A DNA stretch of 64,000 nucleotides from an uncultured Ignavibacteriales bacterium (GCA_964518635.1 CAZFGK010000016.1:2943-66942); one strand, 5' to 3'. Counted from the first letter of the stretch, positions 50,619-60,224 are shown. Notes: a model not told the origin generated them from the letters alone. Program-made: numbers and translations.

Positions 50619-51284
50619 ATGGCCGGAGCAGTAGCCGAACGAGCAGCGAAGCCTGGAAAAGGACAGAGTGGACGACGTCGCCCCAAACGACGACTCGGGA
50701 TTCGTATCGATATGACCCCGATGGTCGATATCGCTTTCCTGCTTCTGATTTTCTATATGGTGTCGACGGTATTCGCGATGCCACAGGCGATGGAAATCAC
50801 TCTACCGCCGAAAAATGCGGAAGAAGAGACTATTGAAATCGCTGAGTCGAATCTTTTAACCATCCGCGTTGACAGTCTTGGCCGTTACTGGTGGAATATC
50901 GGGAAGGCCGCTGAAAATCTCCCGGAACTGCTCCCCAGCAGAAAAGAGAAACCGGATTCAGTTGCGTACGCGTTCAATGAAGATACCCTACGAAACCTGC
51001 TGGTGGCAAAGAACCGAGCCAATGCGAAACTTAGCACGCTCGTGCTCATTCACCCCCTCGCTAACTACGGCGATATGGTGAATATCCTGGATGAAATCGA
51101 TGTCCTCGAGCGTTCCTGGAACGATTTCACAGCCAAGCAGAAGGGGATTGAGGTAGAGGATTTGATGGCAGGAGACAAGTTCTCCTACCGTTACGCTACC
51201 GGTGTATGGGAAGACCGGGACAGCAGGGTCACCGACGAAGCGGTCAATCAGGCGAGAGCGCAGGGGAAACTCGTTGGATTCTAG
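50619..51284 (+). CDS. exbD: Second ExbD/TolR family protein
   Basis: IDMTPMVDIAFLLLIFYM, YGDMVNILDE. Confidence 0.88.
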   Translation: MAGAVAERAAKPGKGQSGRRRPKRRLGIRIDMTPMVDIAFLLLIFYMVSTVFAMPQAMEITLPPKNAEEETIEIAESNLLTIRVDSLGRYWWNIGKAAENLPELLPSRKEKPDSVAYAFNEDTLRNLLVAKNRANAKLSTLVLIHPLANYGDMVNILDEIDVLERSWNDFTAKQKGIEVEDLMAGDKFSYRYATGVWEDRDSRVTDEAVNQARAQGKLVGF

Positions 51285-51433
51285 TCGCAGTCAATGCGTT
51301 GCCGGAACGAGAGTGCCCAGTACGTTGTTTATGAGTATGAAAGAAAGAAAAGTTGACCCGATGACGGGAAGAATTGAGAAATCAGGGGAGTATACCTGTT
51401 GGACGGCGAATGAATCCCGTCAAGGAGTGATCT

Positions 51434-52153
51434 ATGAGTAACAACCTGGAAAGCGCAGTCTATTCCCCCTATGGTGCGTACGAGCTTAAGGCGAAGTACC
51501 AGTCGAACTTTCTGCGGTCATCACTGACCATTGCAGGTTTTGTCCTGCTGGTCATTCTTGGCTTCTGGATTGCCTCCAATGTCGGTGAAGAGCCGATTGT
51601 GGTCATTCAGCCGAAAACCGTGAAAACTGTTGCCGAGCTTGGTCCTCCCCCGACGATTATCAAGCGTCCACCGGAAGTGAAACAGGTCGTCCAGAATCTG
51701 CCGAAAGTCGGAATTCCGGAGCCGGTCGCTGATGACGAAGCAGTCGATGAAGATGTTGTACTCGCCACCAAGGATGAACTGGCTGATATCTCCGCTCCGA
51801 CTATCGGGGAAGGGGATCTCGATAATGTCGAAATCGCTGAGACCGACTATATCCCGTCGGAAGATGAATTTGTACCGACGGAAAACGCGGCAGAGATGAT
51901 CGAAAAGTTTCAGCCGATTTATCCGACCAGTGCGCGCAACGCCGGTCTGGAAGGAACGGTCTGGATCAAGTCGCTGATCTATAAAGACGGCTCAGTACGA
52001 GAAAGCCGTGTGATGAAATCTTCGGGTATTGATGCCCTTGATAAGGCCGCACTTGATGCCGCCCCAAAGTGTGTGTTTAAGCCCGGAATTCAGAACGGAA
52101 AACCAGTTACAATGTGGGTTTCCTACAAAGTAGATTTCAAGCTCGAAAAGTAG
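51434..52153 (+). CDS. tonB: Energy transducer TonB
   Basis: YGAYELK..Y N-terminus, TM anchor, Pro/acidic linker, YP..ARNAGLEGTV C-terminal domain. Confidence 0.9.
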   Translation: MSNNLESAVYSPYGAYELKAKYQSNFLRSSLTIAGFVLLVILGFWIASNVGEEPIVVIQPKTVKTVAELGPPPTIIKRPPEVKQVVQNLPKVGIPEPVADDEAVDEDVVLATKDELADISAPTIGEGDLDNVEIAETDYIPSEDEFVPTENAAEMIEKFQPIYPTSARNAGLEGTVWIKSLIYKDGSVRESRVMKSSGIDALDKAALDAAPKCVFKPGIQNGKPVTMWVSYKVDFKLEK

Positions 52154-52174
52154 ACGAGCAATGAAAGATTATTC

Positions 52175-52208
52175 AAACGGGTCCGAGAAATCGGGCCCGT
52201 TTTTTTTT
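52175..52208 (+). terminator. Intrinsic terminator after tonB1
   Basis: aaacgggtccga-gaaa-tcgggcccgt followed by a T-run. Confidence 0.85.
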
Positions 52209-52282
52209 GAATCCTCCGGAAGAATCGCTCCGCTTTCCAGTATTCCGTGAAACGTCACCTATTTACGACACGGAGGATTGCG

Positions 52283-53002
52283 ATGACTCAACCGGTATTG
52301 CCCAGAAATTTTCCGGCGACGAACGCGTTCGATCTCAAATCCAGCTACCAGCGGAACATGATGACCTCGATGTCTGCGGTTTCAGCTCTCGCGTTGGTCG
52401 TCGCGGCCTCGATTTGGATTGCTGATACCTATTTTTTGGAATCCTCTGAACCGTTTGGAATAGTGATTTCTGATCCAATACCATGGGAACCATTTCAGCC
52501 GATATCGCGACCTCCATCAACTCCTGATGCGCCCGTTGAAGCATCGAAACAACCGGCAATCGGTATCCCCGAGCCAGTAGCTGAGGAATCTCCAATCGAA
52601 CAAACTATTGAAGTTGCCTCAGCCGGAACTGGAACGGATGACTCTCTTGTCTGCAAGTACCTTCAAGAGGCGACTACATTTGCCGATGGAACCGAATACT
52701 TTCCTTCAGATACAGAGTTTATCGTAGTCGAAAAACCGGCGGAGGTTGTTCAACTTTGCCGTCCAGAATACCCTCGACTGGCACAAAAAGCGGGACAGAC
52801 CGGAATCGTCTGGATCAAGACCCTTGTAGATCGTCATGGCAACACGCGAGAGAACAAGATCGGGAGATCATCGGGGATCCCCCTGCTTGATCAAGCAGCA
52901 TTGGATGCTGCCAGTCGGTCGACATTTATACCAGCGATTCAGAACGGACATCCAGTGGCGACCTGGGTGACCTACAAGGTGGTCTTTGAACTGGAGAATT
53001 AG
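52283..53002 (+). CDS. TonB paralog 2
   Basis: AFDLKSSY, TM anchor, IGIPEPVA, PEYPRLAQKAGQTGIVWIK; CGGAGG RBS. Confidence 0.85.
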   Translation: MTQPVLPRNFPATNAFDLKSSYQRNMMTSMSAVSALALVVAASIWIADTYFLESSEPFGIVISDPIPWEPFQPISRPPSTPDAPVEASKQPAIGIPEPVAEESPIEQTIEVASAGTGTDDSLVCKYLQEATTFADGTEYFPSDTEFIVVEKPAEVVQLCRPEYPRLAQKAGQTGIVWIKTLVDRHGNTRENKIGRSSGIPLLDQAALDAASRSTFIPAIQNGHPVATWVTYKVVFELEN

Positions 53003-53085
53003 CTGATTCCCGGAGGGAGCGTGATCTCTGTTTCTCTTTGCCTTAGCGCCGTTCAGGGGATAGGTTCGGGGGTATAATGGATCAG

Positions 53086-54273
53086 ATGCCTGCCAAATAT
53101 CGTAGCCTGTTGTCCGTCTTCCTCTTCGTTTTTACAACAGGGTTTGCTGCGACGGCAATCACCGTGCGCGCGGTCGATACCGAGCCGACCCCGCCTGTCG
53201 ATTCGGCTCGTGTCGCACAGGTCGACAGCACGAAACAATCCGATTCTCTTCAAACGGTGATTTCTGCTCCCGATTCACTCCAGGTGGACTCTCTCAAATC
53301 GGACAGCACATTAATCAAACTCCCGCTCTGCTCCGAAGGGGTACGCGCAACTATTCCCCCCAATTTTAAGAAATTCGGCAAAGTGTCATTTGATCGGAAG
53401 ATTGTCACCCTCACCGATCCGGTGATCTCACTCGTGCGCTGTTGCATTGACGTTGACGGGACAGTGCTTGGGGCTGAAATCGCTCAGTCCTGTTCGATCC
53501 CTTTGCTGGACGATATCGCCGTGAGCACTGCCAGCAAGCATACTGTCGAACCGGCCAAAGTCATTGATGAAATAGTCCAGACCGCGGCGTTTTTCAAGGT
53601 CACCTTCAAGCTGGGGAAAGAGTCCAAAAAATTCTATGGGCGCTATGAAATCGGTGAACTCGAATTCGCCTTCATGGGGCTCGATACCACCTTGCCGAAG
53701 CTTGGCTCGGATGCATCTATCGATTCAATGATTCCTGAGTCACTACTCATTGCAGCGAAAAATGCAGAGCCGGGAAGCAAAGCGATGACGTCGCTTGATA
53801 GTGCACGCATGGTAGCAAAGGGGATACTTGAACCTGACGATACACGAGCTGGCGGTCGCACTCCGAAAGACTCGACAGGAAAACCGGTCGCTTCAAATGC
53901 TGACGGGAAGAAAGATTCGAAAGAAAAGCCGGGGAAGACTAAGCCACAGAAGAAGGAAGAAGAGCTGATTCCGGAAGTCGATGCGGTCATCGCTGTCGAT
54001 CAGCTCGCCGTGATAAGTCGAGCCGAGAAACCCTCCTATCCGAAGGAGGAGGCGAAGAACAGAGTTGAAGGAACAGTCTGGATTGCGTCCCTCATTGATT
54101 CAAAGGGGCGCGCACGAGATCACAAAATATGGAAGAGTTCGGGGAATGCGAAATTTGATCAGGCCGCTCTGCAGGCCGCGGTGACATTCAAGTACCAGGC
54201 GGCACAGCGGGATGGTAAACCGATCATGACCTGGTTGAAACACCGGATTGAATTTCGGCTGAGTGATTTGTAG
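53086..54273 (+). CDS. TonB-family protein with two TonB-C-like domains
   Basis: IDVDGTV..AEIAQS..IPLLDDIA and PSYPKEEAKNRVEGTVWI; TATAAT just upstream suggests a near-leaderless start at 53086. Confidence 0.75.
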   Translation: MPAKYRSLLSVFLFVFTTGFAATAITVRAVDTEPTPPVDSARVAQVDSTKQSDSLQTVISAPDSLQVDSLKSDSTLIKLPLCSEGVRATIPPNFKKFGKVSFDRKIVTLTDPVISLVRCCIDVDGTVLGAEIAQSCSIPLLDDIAVSTASKHTVEPAKVIDEIVQTAAFFKVTFKLGKESKKFYGRYEIGELEFAFMGLDTTLPKLGSDASIDSMIPESLLIAAKNAEPGSKAMTSLDSARMVAKGILEPDDTRAGGRTPKDSTGKPVASNADGKKDSKEKPGKTKPQKKEEELIPEVDAVIAVDQLAVISRAEKPSYPKEEAKNRVEGTVWIASLIDSKGRARDHKIWKSSGNAKFDQAALQAAVTFKYQAAQRDGKPIMTWLKHRIEFRLSDL

Positions 54274-54286
54274 GAGCATCTAATCA

Positions 54287-55369
54287 ATGGTGAGGGGATT
54301 CAATTCATCTGGAGTTTTCACAATTGCCGTATTTGTGAGCGCGCTTGTGCTGTTCACATCTTCGATTTCGGCGAGCAAGAATGATTGGAAATCGGCCACC
54401 TATATTTCAGGCTCGCCGATGTTTTCACTCTTTACAGTTGCAATAGATGATGAGATACGAGACACAATCTCCTGCGATGTTGCCGTGCTCGTTAATCGGA
54501 AGGGGAAAGTCGAACGCGCGCTGGTCATACGTTCTTCAGGACACCGGGAAATTGATCGCTCTGCTCATCATGCGGCTCTGAATATTAGGTACGACTTTTC
54601 CGGTATTGAGAAGAAGTCGCACTTCATGCAGCAGTGTTATCTGCAGTTTTCTCCAGATTCTCTTGACAGAAGAGTTCTGCACCTGGTAGAGTCAAGGGGA
54701 AGGGCGTATCAACTTACGAACGAAATTGATGGCTTTGTTGACGGTGTACTCTCGCTTGAGAACGCAATCGGAACGGACAAATTATCACCCGACGAATTTC
54801 TACCTGTAGATTTTCCAGCTGAAGCAGTGCAGGGGCTGAGTATTGCACTTGAACCGGGAGTGGACACGATCAACCCTGTCTGGTTGAGTATTCTCATAGA
54901 CACTTCGCAGCTAGCCGTCGATATGCGAATCAGTAAGAGCTCCGGGGATCCACGTAAGGACACTTTGGCGATGCTCGGCGTACCGTCGCTGAAGTTTCGT
55001 TCGGCTATGATAGCTGGGCATGCCGTCAGGAGCTGGATGTCTCTTAAAGTGACATTTGGAATTGATACAACACTTGTTCCTCAGAACAATCCATACGATG
55101 AACCATCCGAGATGATTGTGAATGCACCAGTAAAGTATCCAATTGAAGCAAGAAATACCGGGCTGGAAGGGATCGTCTGGATCAAATCACTCATCGGAAT
55201 ATCAGGTGAGGTGGAAGAGGCGCATGTTATGAAATCAAGCGGAGTTTCCGCATTGGATATGGCGGCACTGAAAGCGGCGTTCGACTGCAAATTCAAACCC
55301 GGCATGCGTGACGGAAAACCCATAAGAATGTGGGTTGCGTACAAGGTGACCTTCGCACTAAGTAGATAA
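54287..55369 (+). CDS. TonB-family protein with about three TonB-C-like domains
   Basis: Three RSSG/KSSG..D..A repeats; last domain YPIEARNTGLEGIVWIK. Confidence 0.75.
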   Translation: MVRGFNSSGVFTIAVFVSALVLFTSSISASKNDWKSATYISGSPMFSLFTVAIDDEIRDTISCDVAVLVNRKGKVERALVIRSSGHREIDRSAHHAALNIRYDFSGIEKKSHFMQQCYLQFSPDSLDRRVLHLVESRGRAYQLTNEIDGFVDGVLSLENAIGTDKLSPDEFLPVDFPAEAVQGLSIALEPGVDTINPVWLSILIDTSQLAVDMRISKSSGDPRKDTLAMLGVPSLKFRSAMIAGHAVRSWMSLKVTFGIDTTLVPQNNPYDEPSEMIVNAPVKYPIEARNTGLEGIVWIKSLIGISGEVEEAHVMKSSGVSALDMAALKAAFDCKFKPGMRDGKPIRMWVAYKVTFALSR

Positions 55370-55398
55370 AAAAAGGGAGACCTTTGCGGGTCTCCCTT
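55368..55398. terminator. Terminator between convergent genes
   Basis: A-run, then aagggagacc-tttgc-gggtctccctt hairpin. Confidence 0.75.
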
Positions 55399-55431
55399 CA
55401 TAGTTTACAGATGTTCGAGTGTAGCCGCTCT

Positions 55432-57189
55432 TTACTGGCACGCCGCCGTCGGGGCGAACGTGATAAACAGGTGGTCAACGAGTGCTGTCAGATCGCCGAT
55501 ATCGGGAGTCGGCGAAATGCTGCCATCAATATTGGCTTCACCATCACAAGCAAGTGCAGTAAAGGTTATAAACAGGTGATCGACCAGAACGGTCAGATCT
55601 CCGATGTCGACACCGTCCCCCGGGCTATTGTCTACGTTTCCAGTGCTTGCGACGCAGCAGCTGGACGGCGGTGGAATTTTCATCAGTGCCGGGGTTGTTG
55701 GAAGGACGTGGTTGTAGCAATTCGTGATTCCTTCCGCAGGGCTGGTCAACAGGACAGGGTCAAATTTCACAAAATTCGAATCGCCGGCGGGAGCAAGTGA
55801 AGATGTGCGGAAGAAGATTTTCGCGACTGGTCCGCTTCCGGCTCCAATCTGTGGACCGAAAATTCGCCAGACCTCTTTTTTGGATCCGGCTGCTCCATTC
55901 ACGGTTTTTTCTTTTGACCAGCCGTTGGTACGCAATCCGACAGTTGAGATCGAATCAAACTGAAGGTTGAACGGACCGTTGTAGTCAAGCGGGATCACTA
56001 TTTCGTTGATATCGCCGCCGTTGTTGAGTGAGGCAGTTACGAACGGTTTTGCAGACGGAGCAGTCATCACCGTGTTGCCGCTGAGCGCATCGGATGCTAC
56101 ATCGACGGTTCCAGACGTGAAGATGAATAGTTTCCCGTCAAGGTTTGAGGCATAGACTCGACCCGATTGTGTATGCGGAAATACCCCCCAGCAGCCGTTA
56201 AAGTCAGCGTTCTCAGTCGGCCAAGTGTCATACCTTGCGACTTCTTGTGGGCTGGCGGGGTTATTGATATTGATCACGGCCACGCCGGATTCATAGTGCG
56301 ACATATAGAATTTGTCCCCCTGCCAGTGGACATTGTGAACGAGGCCACTCGGGGCCAGATAATTTCCAACAAGCTGAATATTCGCATAATTGGAGATATC
56401 CCAGATCTTCACTGTTCGATTGTCGGTCTCCTGGGATGTCGCGACATAGTTGCGATCATCTGATGGCCAGATATTGTGGACATAGCCTCCATCGGGGAAA
56501 GATGTCCGGGCGATGAATTGAGCGGCATTCTTGTTCGCCATATTCCAGACTGAGAATGTCGCGAGGTTCCCTTCAGCCACCCAAACGGTGTCATTATATG
56601 CAAATACATCGTGGATATCGCCTGTGGCAACAAAGGGATGCTCGGTCGGAAAGACCGGATTTGCAAGGGAGACGACTCTGAATCCGCTACCATTCTGTTT
56701 CACGAGGTAGGCATAACCCTTTACCGTATCGATGTTCAGATTATGGCTGGTGATGTCTGAGCCAGTGGTGTACGAGCGAACAAAGTGGAGCGAGTCTGGG
56801 AGAAATGACATGTCTATAATCATCATACCCTGATTGGTACCTGTACACTCGGAGACTGCGTAGAGGTAATTCTGGTAGTGCTTGATATCTCGCCAGCGAG
56901 TATTGCCGCAGCCGTTCTGAGGACCGATGATGGTGTCCACAATATCATGATCAGTCACGTTCACGCAGACAATTCCATTGATGATTCCCATGAATGCATA
57001 CTCGCGACCATCCGGCGCCTGCCATCCCCAGCAATCTGTTCCTGCAACGGTACTGAACTGGTATTGCTGTTCCAGACACATCACAAAGCCGTCGTTGGGA
57101 TCATCCAAGGCCCGACAGTCTTTTGGGGTCAGGGTGAAGATCAGAGCCGCGAGGGAAAAACAGGTAACGGCGCGTACGAATAATGACAT
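55432..57189 (-). CDS. Choice-of-anchor B (LVIVD-repeat propeller) protein with cohesin-like and dockerin-like C-terminal domains
   Basis: DCWGW..PDGREYA, WRDIK, HN repeats, SHYESG, GCWGVFP; C-terminus CC...GNVD...DIGDLT.LVDHLF twice. Confidence 0.8.
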   Translation of the reverse strand: MSLFVRAVTCFSLAALIFTLTPKDCRALDDPNDGFVMCLEQQYQFSTVAGTDCWGWQAPDGREYAFMGIINGIVCVNVTDHDIVDTIIGPQNGCGNTRWRDIKHYQNYLYAVSECTGTNQGMMIIDMSFLPDSLHFVRSYTTGSDITSHNLNIDTVKGYAYLVKQNGSGFRVVSLANPVFPTEHPFVATGDIHDVFAYNDTVWVAEGNLATFSVWNMANKNAAQFIARTSFPDGGYVHNIWPSDDRNYVATSQETDNRTVKIWDISNYANIQLVGNYLAPSGLVHNVHWQGDKFYMSHYESGVAVININNPASPQEVARYDTWPTENADFNGCWGVFPHTQSGRVYASNLDGKLFIFTSGTVDVASDALSGNTVMTAPSAKPFVTASLNNGGDINEIVIPLDYNGPFNLQFDSISTVGLRTNGWSKEKTVNGAAGSKKEVWRIFGPQIGAGSGPVAKIFFRTSSLAPAGDSNFVKFDPVLLTSPAEGITNCYNHVLPTTPALMKIPPPSSCCVASTGNVDNSPGDGVDIGDLTVLVDHLFITFTALACDGEANIDGSISPTPDIGDLTALVDHLFITFAPTAACQ

Positions 57190-57250
57190 GAACAGGTCTC
57201 CTCATCCCCGGAGGGACGTCCGGGCAGGTAGTAGGGGGTAACTATATCCA

Positions 57251-57278
57251 AAGATACACAATTTTGTCTCAGGGTCAA
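57251..57278 (-). promoter_or_regulatory. Promoter for the 55432-57189 gene
   Basis: Reverse complement: TTGACC-16-TATCTT. Confidence 0.5.
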
Positions 57279-57432
57279 TTTTTTCCTATGAGCGCAGGTA
57301 GTGCCCTGAAGTGAGGGAACACTCCACTACCTAGAGAGCTGATTCAAGGAATTCGTCCACTGATGACCATCAGAAATCGTTCTGGGGCAATCCATTAGAT
57401 GATGGGCACGAAAATTGTGCTATATGGTAAGA

Positions 57433-58230
57433 ATGAAACAGCCTGGAGGTAATGTGTCAAATGAGCGTCTGAGCCATGTTCGCTGGAAGACCATTCTCTT
57501 TTCATTGTTCATCTTGGGAATTGCAGGCAGTATCCAGCTGGGCTGCACTGACAAAATCATTGGGTTGGACGAATCAACGCGGGCCACTCAAGAGGCAAAT
57601 GAACAAATCGCTCAACAGGTTGAAAAGTATATCAAGACTTCAAGCGATTCCCTCGACTCCTCCACAATCTCCCTTCGTCCATTTGATAATACGGATTCAA
57701 CGAATGGACTGAATCCGCCAATTCTTCCGGGTCAATTGGATGACGATTCAATTCTTGCTCTTCGCAGAGGACTTGAAGATGAAATGAATTTGACTCTCAC
57801 GTTCAGAGGAGCCGACACCGTCAATATTGGTACCACAGGCGGGCAAATAGAATTGACTGGTCTGGCAGGAAAGGGAAGAATCAAATTCCCTACAGGTGCA
57901 CTTTCAAAGACCGAAGTCATTACTGCACGAACTTCAAACTCCATTACTGAAGATTTGATACTGTACGAGTTCAGATTTGGTCCAGACGGCGTAGTCTTCG
58001 GGAAATCTGTCTCTCTGGAACTATCTGCCACTCTTTTCACCAGTCTCTTCGGCAAACTCCCCACTCGCGGCGCATGGATGTATCTGGATGAAAAAAGTAA
58101 TCAGTGGCAAGTCCTACGGGAGATTTCTGTATCATCAGACGGGAACTTCCACATCCCAATTGAGCACTTCAGCTCTTATCGAATGGTCGTGACTCCGGCA
58201 GTTGGTCTTTCACAGGGTGGTCAGAACTAG
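57433..58230 (+). CDS. Hypothetical lipoprotein with a ZU5-like region
   Basis: QLGC lipobox; IG..GG.I, FP.GAL, F.FGPDG.VF.K.V.L, IEHFS.Y; start uncertain. Confidence 0.6.
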   Translation: MKQPGGNVSNERLSHVRWKTILFSLFILGIAGSIQLGCTDKIIGLDESTRATQEANEQIAQQVEKYIKTSSDSLDSSTISLRPFDNTDSTNGLNPPILPGQLDDDSILALRRGLEDEMNLTLTFRGADTVNIGTTGGQIELTGLAGKGRIKFPTGALSKTEVITARTSNSITEDLILYEFRFGPDGVVFGKSVSLELSATLFTSLFGKLPTRGAWMYLDEKSNQWQVLREISVSSDGNFHIPIEHFSSYRMVVTPAVGLSQGGQN

Positions 58231-58260
58231 TCGACGCATATGCGTTCACTGACAAAGAAC

Positions 58261-58294
58261 AAAACGGACAGTGCAGACTGCCCGTTTTATTTTC
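58261..58294. terminator. Bidirectional intrinsic terminator
   Basis: aaaacggacagt-gcag-actgcccgtttt. Confidence 0.7.
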
Positions 58295-58331
58295 TTGGCT
58301 AGCGAATGTTTGGTTCTTTAGAAAATCCTTC

Positions 58332-60095
58332 TCATTGGCAGATCGCAGTCGGTGCAAATGAGATGAACAGGTGATCGACTAGTGAAGTGAGATCACCTAT
58401 ATCCGGAGTCTGGGTCACGCTCCCATCAATATTCGCCTCACCCGGACAGGCAGGTGGCTGAAATGAAATGAAGAGATGGTCGACAAGAACTGTCAGGTCG
58501 GCAATATCAACACCGTCCATCGGATCAAAATCCACATTTCCCGTTGAACCTATACAGCACGCAATCACATGAATCATCGCTGGACGAGTCGGAAGCGTGT
58601 GGGTGAAACATCCCGTCACACTTTCCGAGGCCGAGGTAAAAAGCACTGGACCTAGGGAAACAGGGTTCGAGTCCCCTACTTGTGCAGTGCTGGGAATCGT
58701 GAGAAATATTCTTGCCACTGGTCCAGAACCGGATGGGATCGAGGAGCCAGTTATTTTCCAGACATCCCGACGTGAACCCGGACTTCCTGTAAGTATCTTT
58801 GACTTCGTCCAGCCATGTGTGCGAAGCCCGCTGACCGATATTGAATCGAAATTCAGATTCAATGCTCCGCCGTAATCAATCGGAATGATCACTTCACTCA
58901 CAGAAGCACCATTGGTGAGATGAACCGGCACAATCAGGCGAAATCCCGGTGGCGCCGTTGTATCAAAAGCAACAAGCGAATCTGCAGAGACATCGACTTG
59001 TTCAGAGGTCAAGATGGTCAATTTACCATCAAGATTTGATCCCCAGACTTTTCCGCTCAATGTGTGCGGATATACTCCCCACGCCCCATTGAAATTTGGA
59101 GATTCTGCTGCCGGGTAGGTGTCAAACTGCGATAGCGTCACCGGGGCAGCAGGGTTGGAGACATCGACGGCGATCAGTCCGGATTCAAAATGCGCGATGA
59201 AGAGTTTACCGTTCCACCAATGAGCATTGTGGGCAAGCCCGCTCGGACCGATAAAAGTACCCGCTAGTTGTATGTCTGAGTAATCAAGAATGTCCCATAT
59301 TTTGATGTTCTTCCCCGGTGTTTCCTGAGTTGAAAAGAGATAATGACGATCATCTGTCGGCCAGAGATTATGCGCGAGTCCACCATCCGGCATGGTCACA
59401 CGGGTGATAAACTGCGGAGCAGCTTTATTGGTCAAATCCCATATTGAGAACGACGAATTCAGGCGCTCTGTTACCCAGACGGTGTCGTTAAAGGCGGTCA
59501 GATCATGAATGTCAGGAAGAGCTACGTTATTGACATCGATCGGATTTTCAGGATTAGCCAGACTCACCACGCGGAATCCATTCAAGGCCGAATTGTCAAT
59601 ATACGCGTAACCAGTAATGGTATCGATACAAAACTCAAGTGCGGTGATGTTTCCAGGCGGAGCATAAGTACGTACGAGATGCAGAGAATCGGGGAGATAG
59701 TTCAGGTCGATAATCTGCAGCCCTTGATTCGTGCCCGTACAGAGGGAGACCGCATAGAGATAATGCGAGTAATGTTTCATCTCACGCCAAAAGACGGTCC
59801 CACAGTTGCTCAGTGGCCCCGGGATAGTGTCGACGATTCGACGTCCGGTGACATCAACACAGACAATCCCCGGCTGAATCCCCATAAAGGCATACTCTCG
59901 ACCAGATGAGTCGGTCCAACCCCAACAACCCGAGCCGCCGAAACTACCAAATTGATACTGTTGATCGAGGCACATGACAAAGCCATCGGCGGGATTATCC
60001 ATGGCGCGAGAGTTCGTAGCGAAGAGAAGGAAAAAGAACAGCAACGGCGAGATGACCGTTCGGATTTGTGGAGTCAATCTTGATGAGTCGAACAT
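58332..60095 (-). CDS. Choice-of-anchor B protein with cohesin-like and dockerin-like domains, paralog of 55432-57189
   Basis: Same architecture; shares DGFVMCL.QQYQF, PSGL.HN.HW and TPDIGDLT.LVDHLFI.FAPTA.CQ. Confidence 0.8.
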   Translation of the reverse strand: MFDSSRLTPQIRTVISPLLFFFLLFATNSRAMDNPADGFVMCLDQQYQFGSFGGSGCWGWTDSSGREYAFMGIQPGIVCVDVTGRRIVDTIPGPLSNCGTVFWREMKHYSHYLYAVSLCTGTNQGLQIIDLNYLPDSLHLVRTYAPPGNITALEFCIDTITGYAYIDNSALNGFRVVSLANPENPIDVNNVALPDIHDLTAFNDTVWVTERLNSSFSIWDLTNKAAPQFITRVTMPDGGLAHNLWPTDDRHYLFSTQETPGKNIKIWDILDYSDIQLAGTFIGPSGLAHNAHWWNGKLFIAHFESGLIAVDVSNPAAPVTLSQFDTYPAAESPNFNGAWGVYPHTLSGKVWGSNLDGKLTILTSEQVDVSADSLVAFDTTAPPGFRLIVPVHLTNGASVSEVIIPIDYGGALNLNFDSISVSGLRTHGWTKSKILTGSPGSRRDVWKITGSSIPSGSGPVARIFLTIPSTAQVGDSNPVSLGPVLFTSASESVTGCFTHTLPTRPAMIHVIACCIGSTGNVDFDPMDGVDIADLTVLVDHLFISFQPPACPGEANIDGSVTQTPDIGDLTSLVDHLFISFAPTAICQ

Positions 60096-60224
60096 GAGTC
60101 AGTCCTTTTTGCTACCTGCCGATGCAGGTGGTTACTGACTCAATAACGCGCGATATCCGGTTTTGGCTATGAGCAGGTCGTGAACAGCAGATATAACTCG
60201 CGTACAGCAGAGGAAGTGGAATTC

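Noticed and set aside
50084-50760. Near-identical ~55-nt block in both exbD genes as a mobile repeat
   Set aside because: It encodes the conserved IDMTPMVDIAFLLLIFYM TM motif and differs at synonymous sites.
57350-57400. Hammerhead ribozyme (GTC...CTGATGA...GAAA)
   Set aside because: There is no room for stem I or II, and CTGATG simply pairs with the adjacent CATCAG.
55432-58560. Diversity-generating retroelement TR/VR pair in the similar dockerin tails
   Set aside because: No reverse transcriptase is present. The differences look synonymous rather than adenine-specific, consistent with ordinary paralogy.
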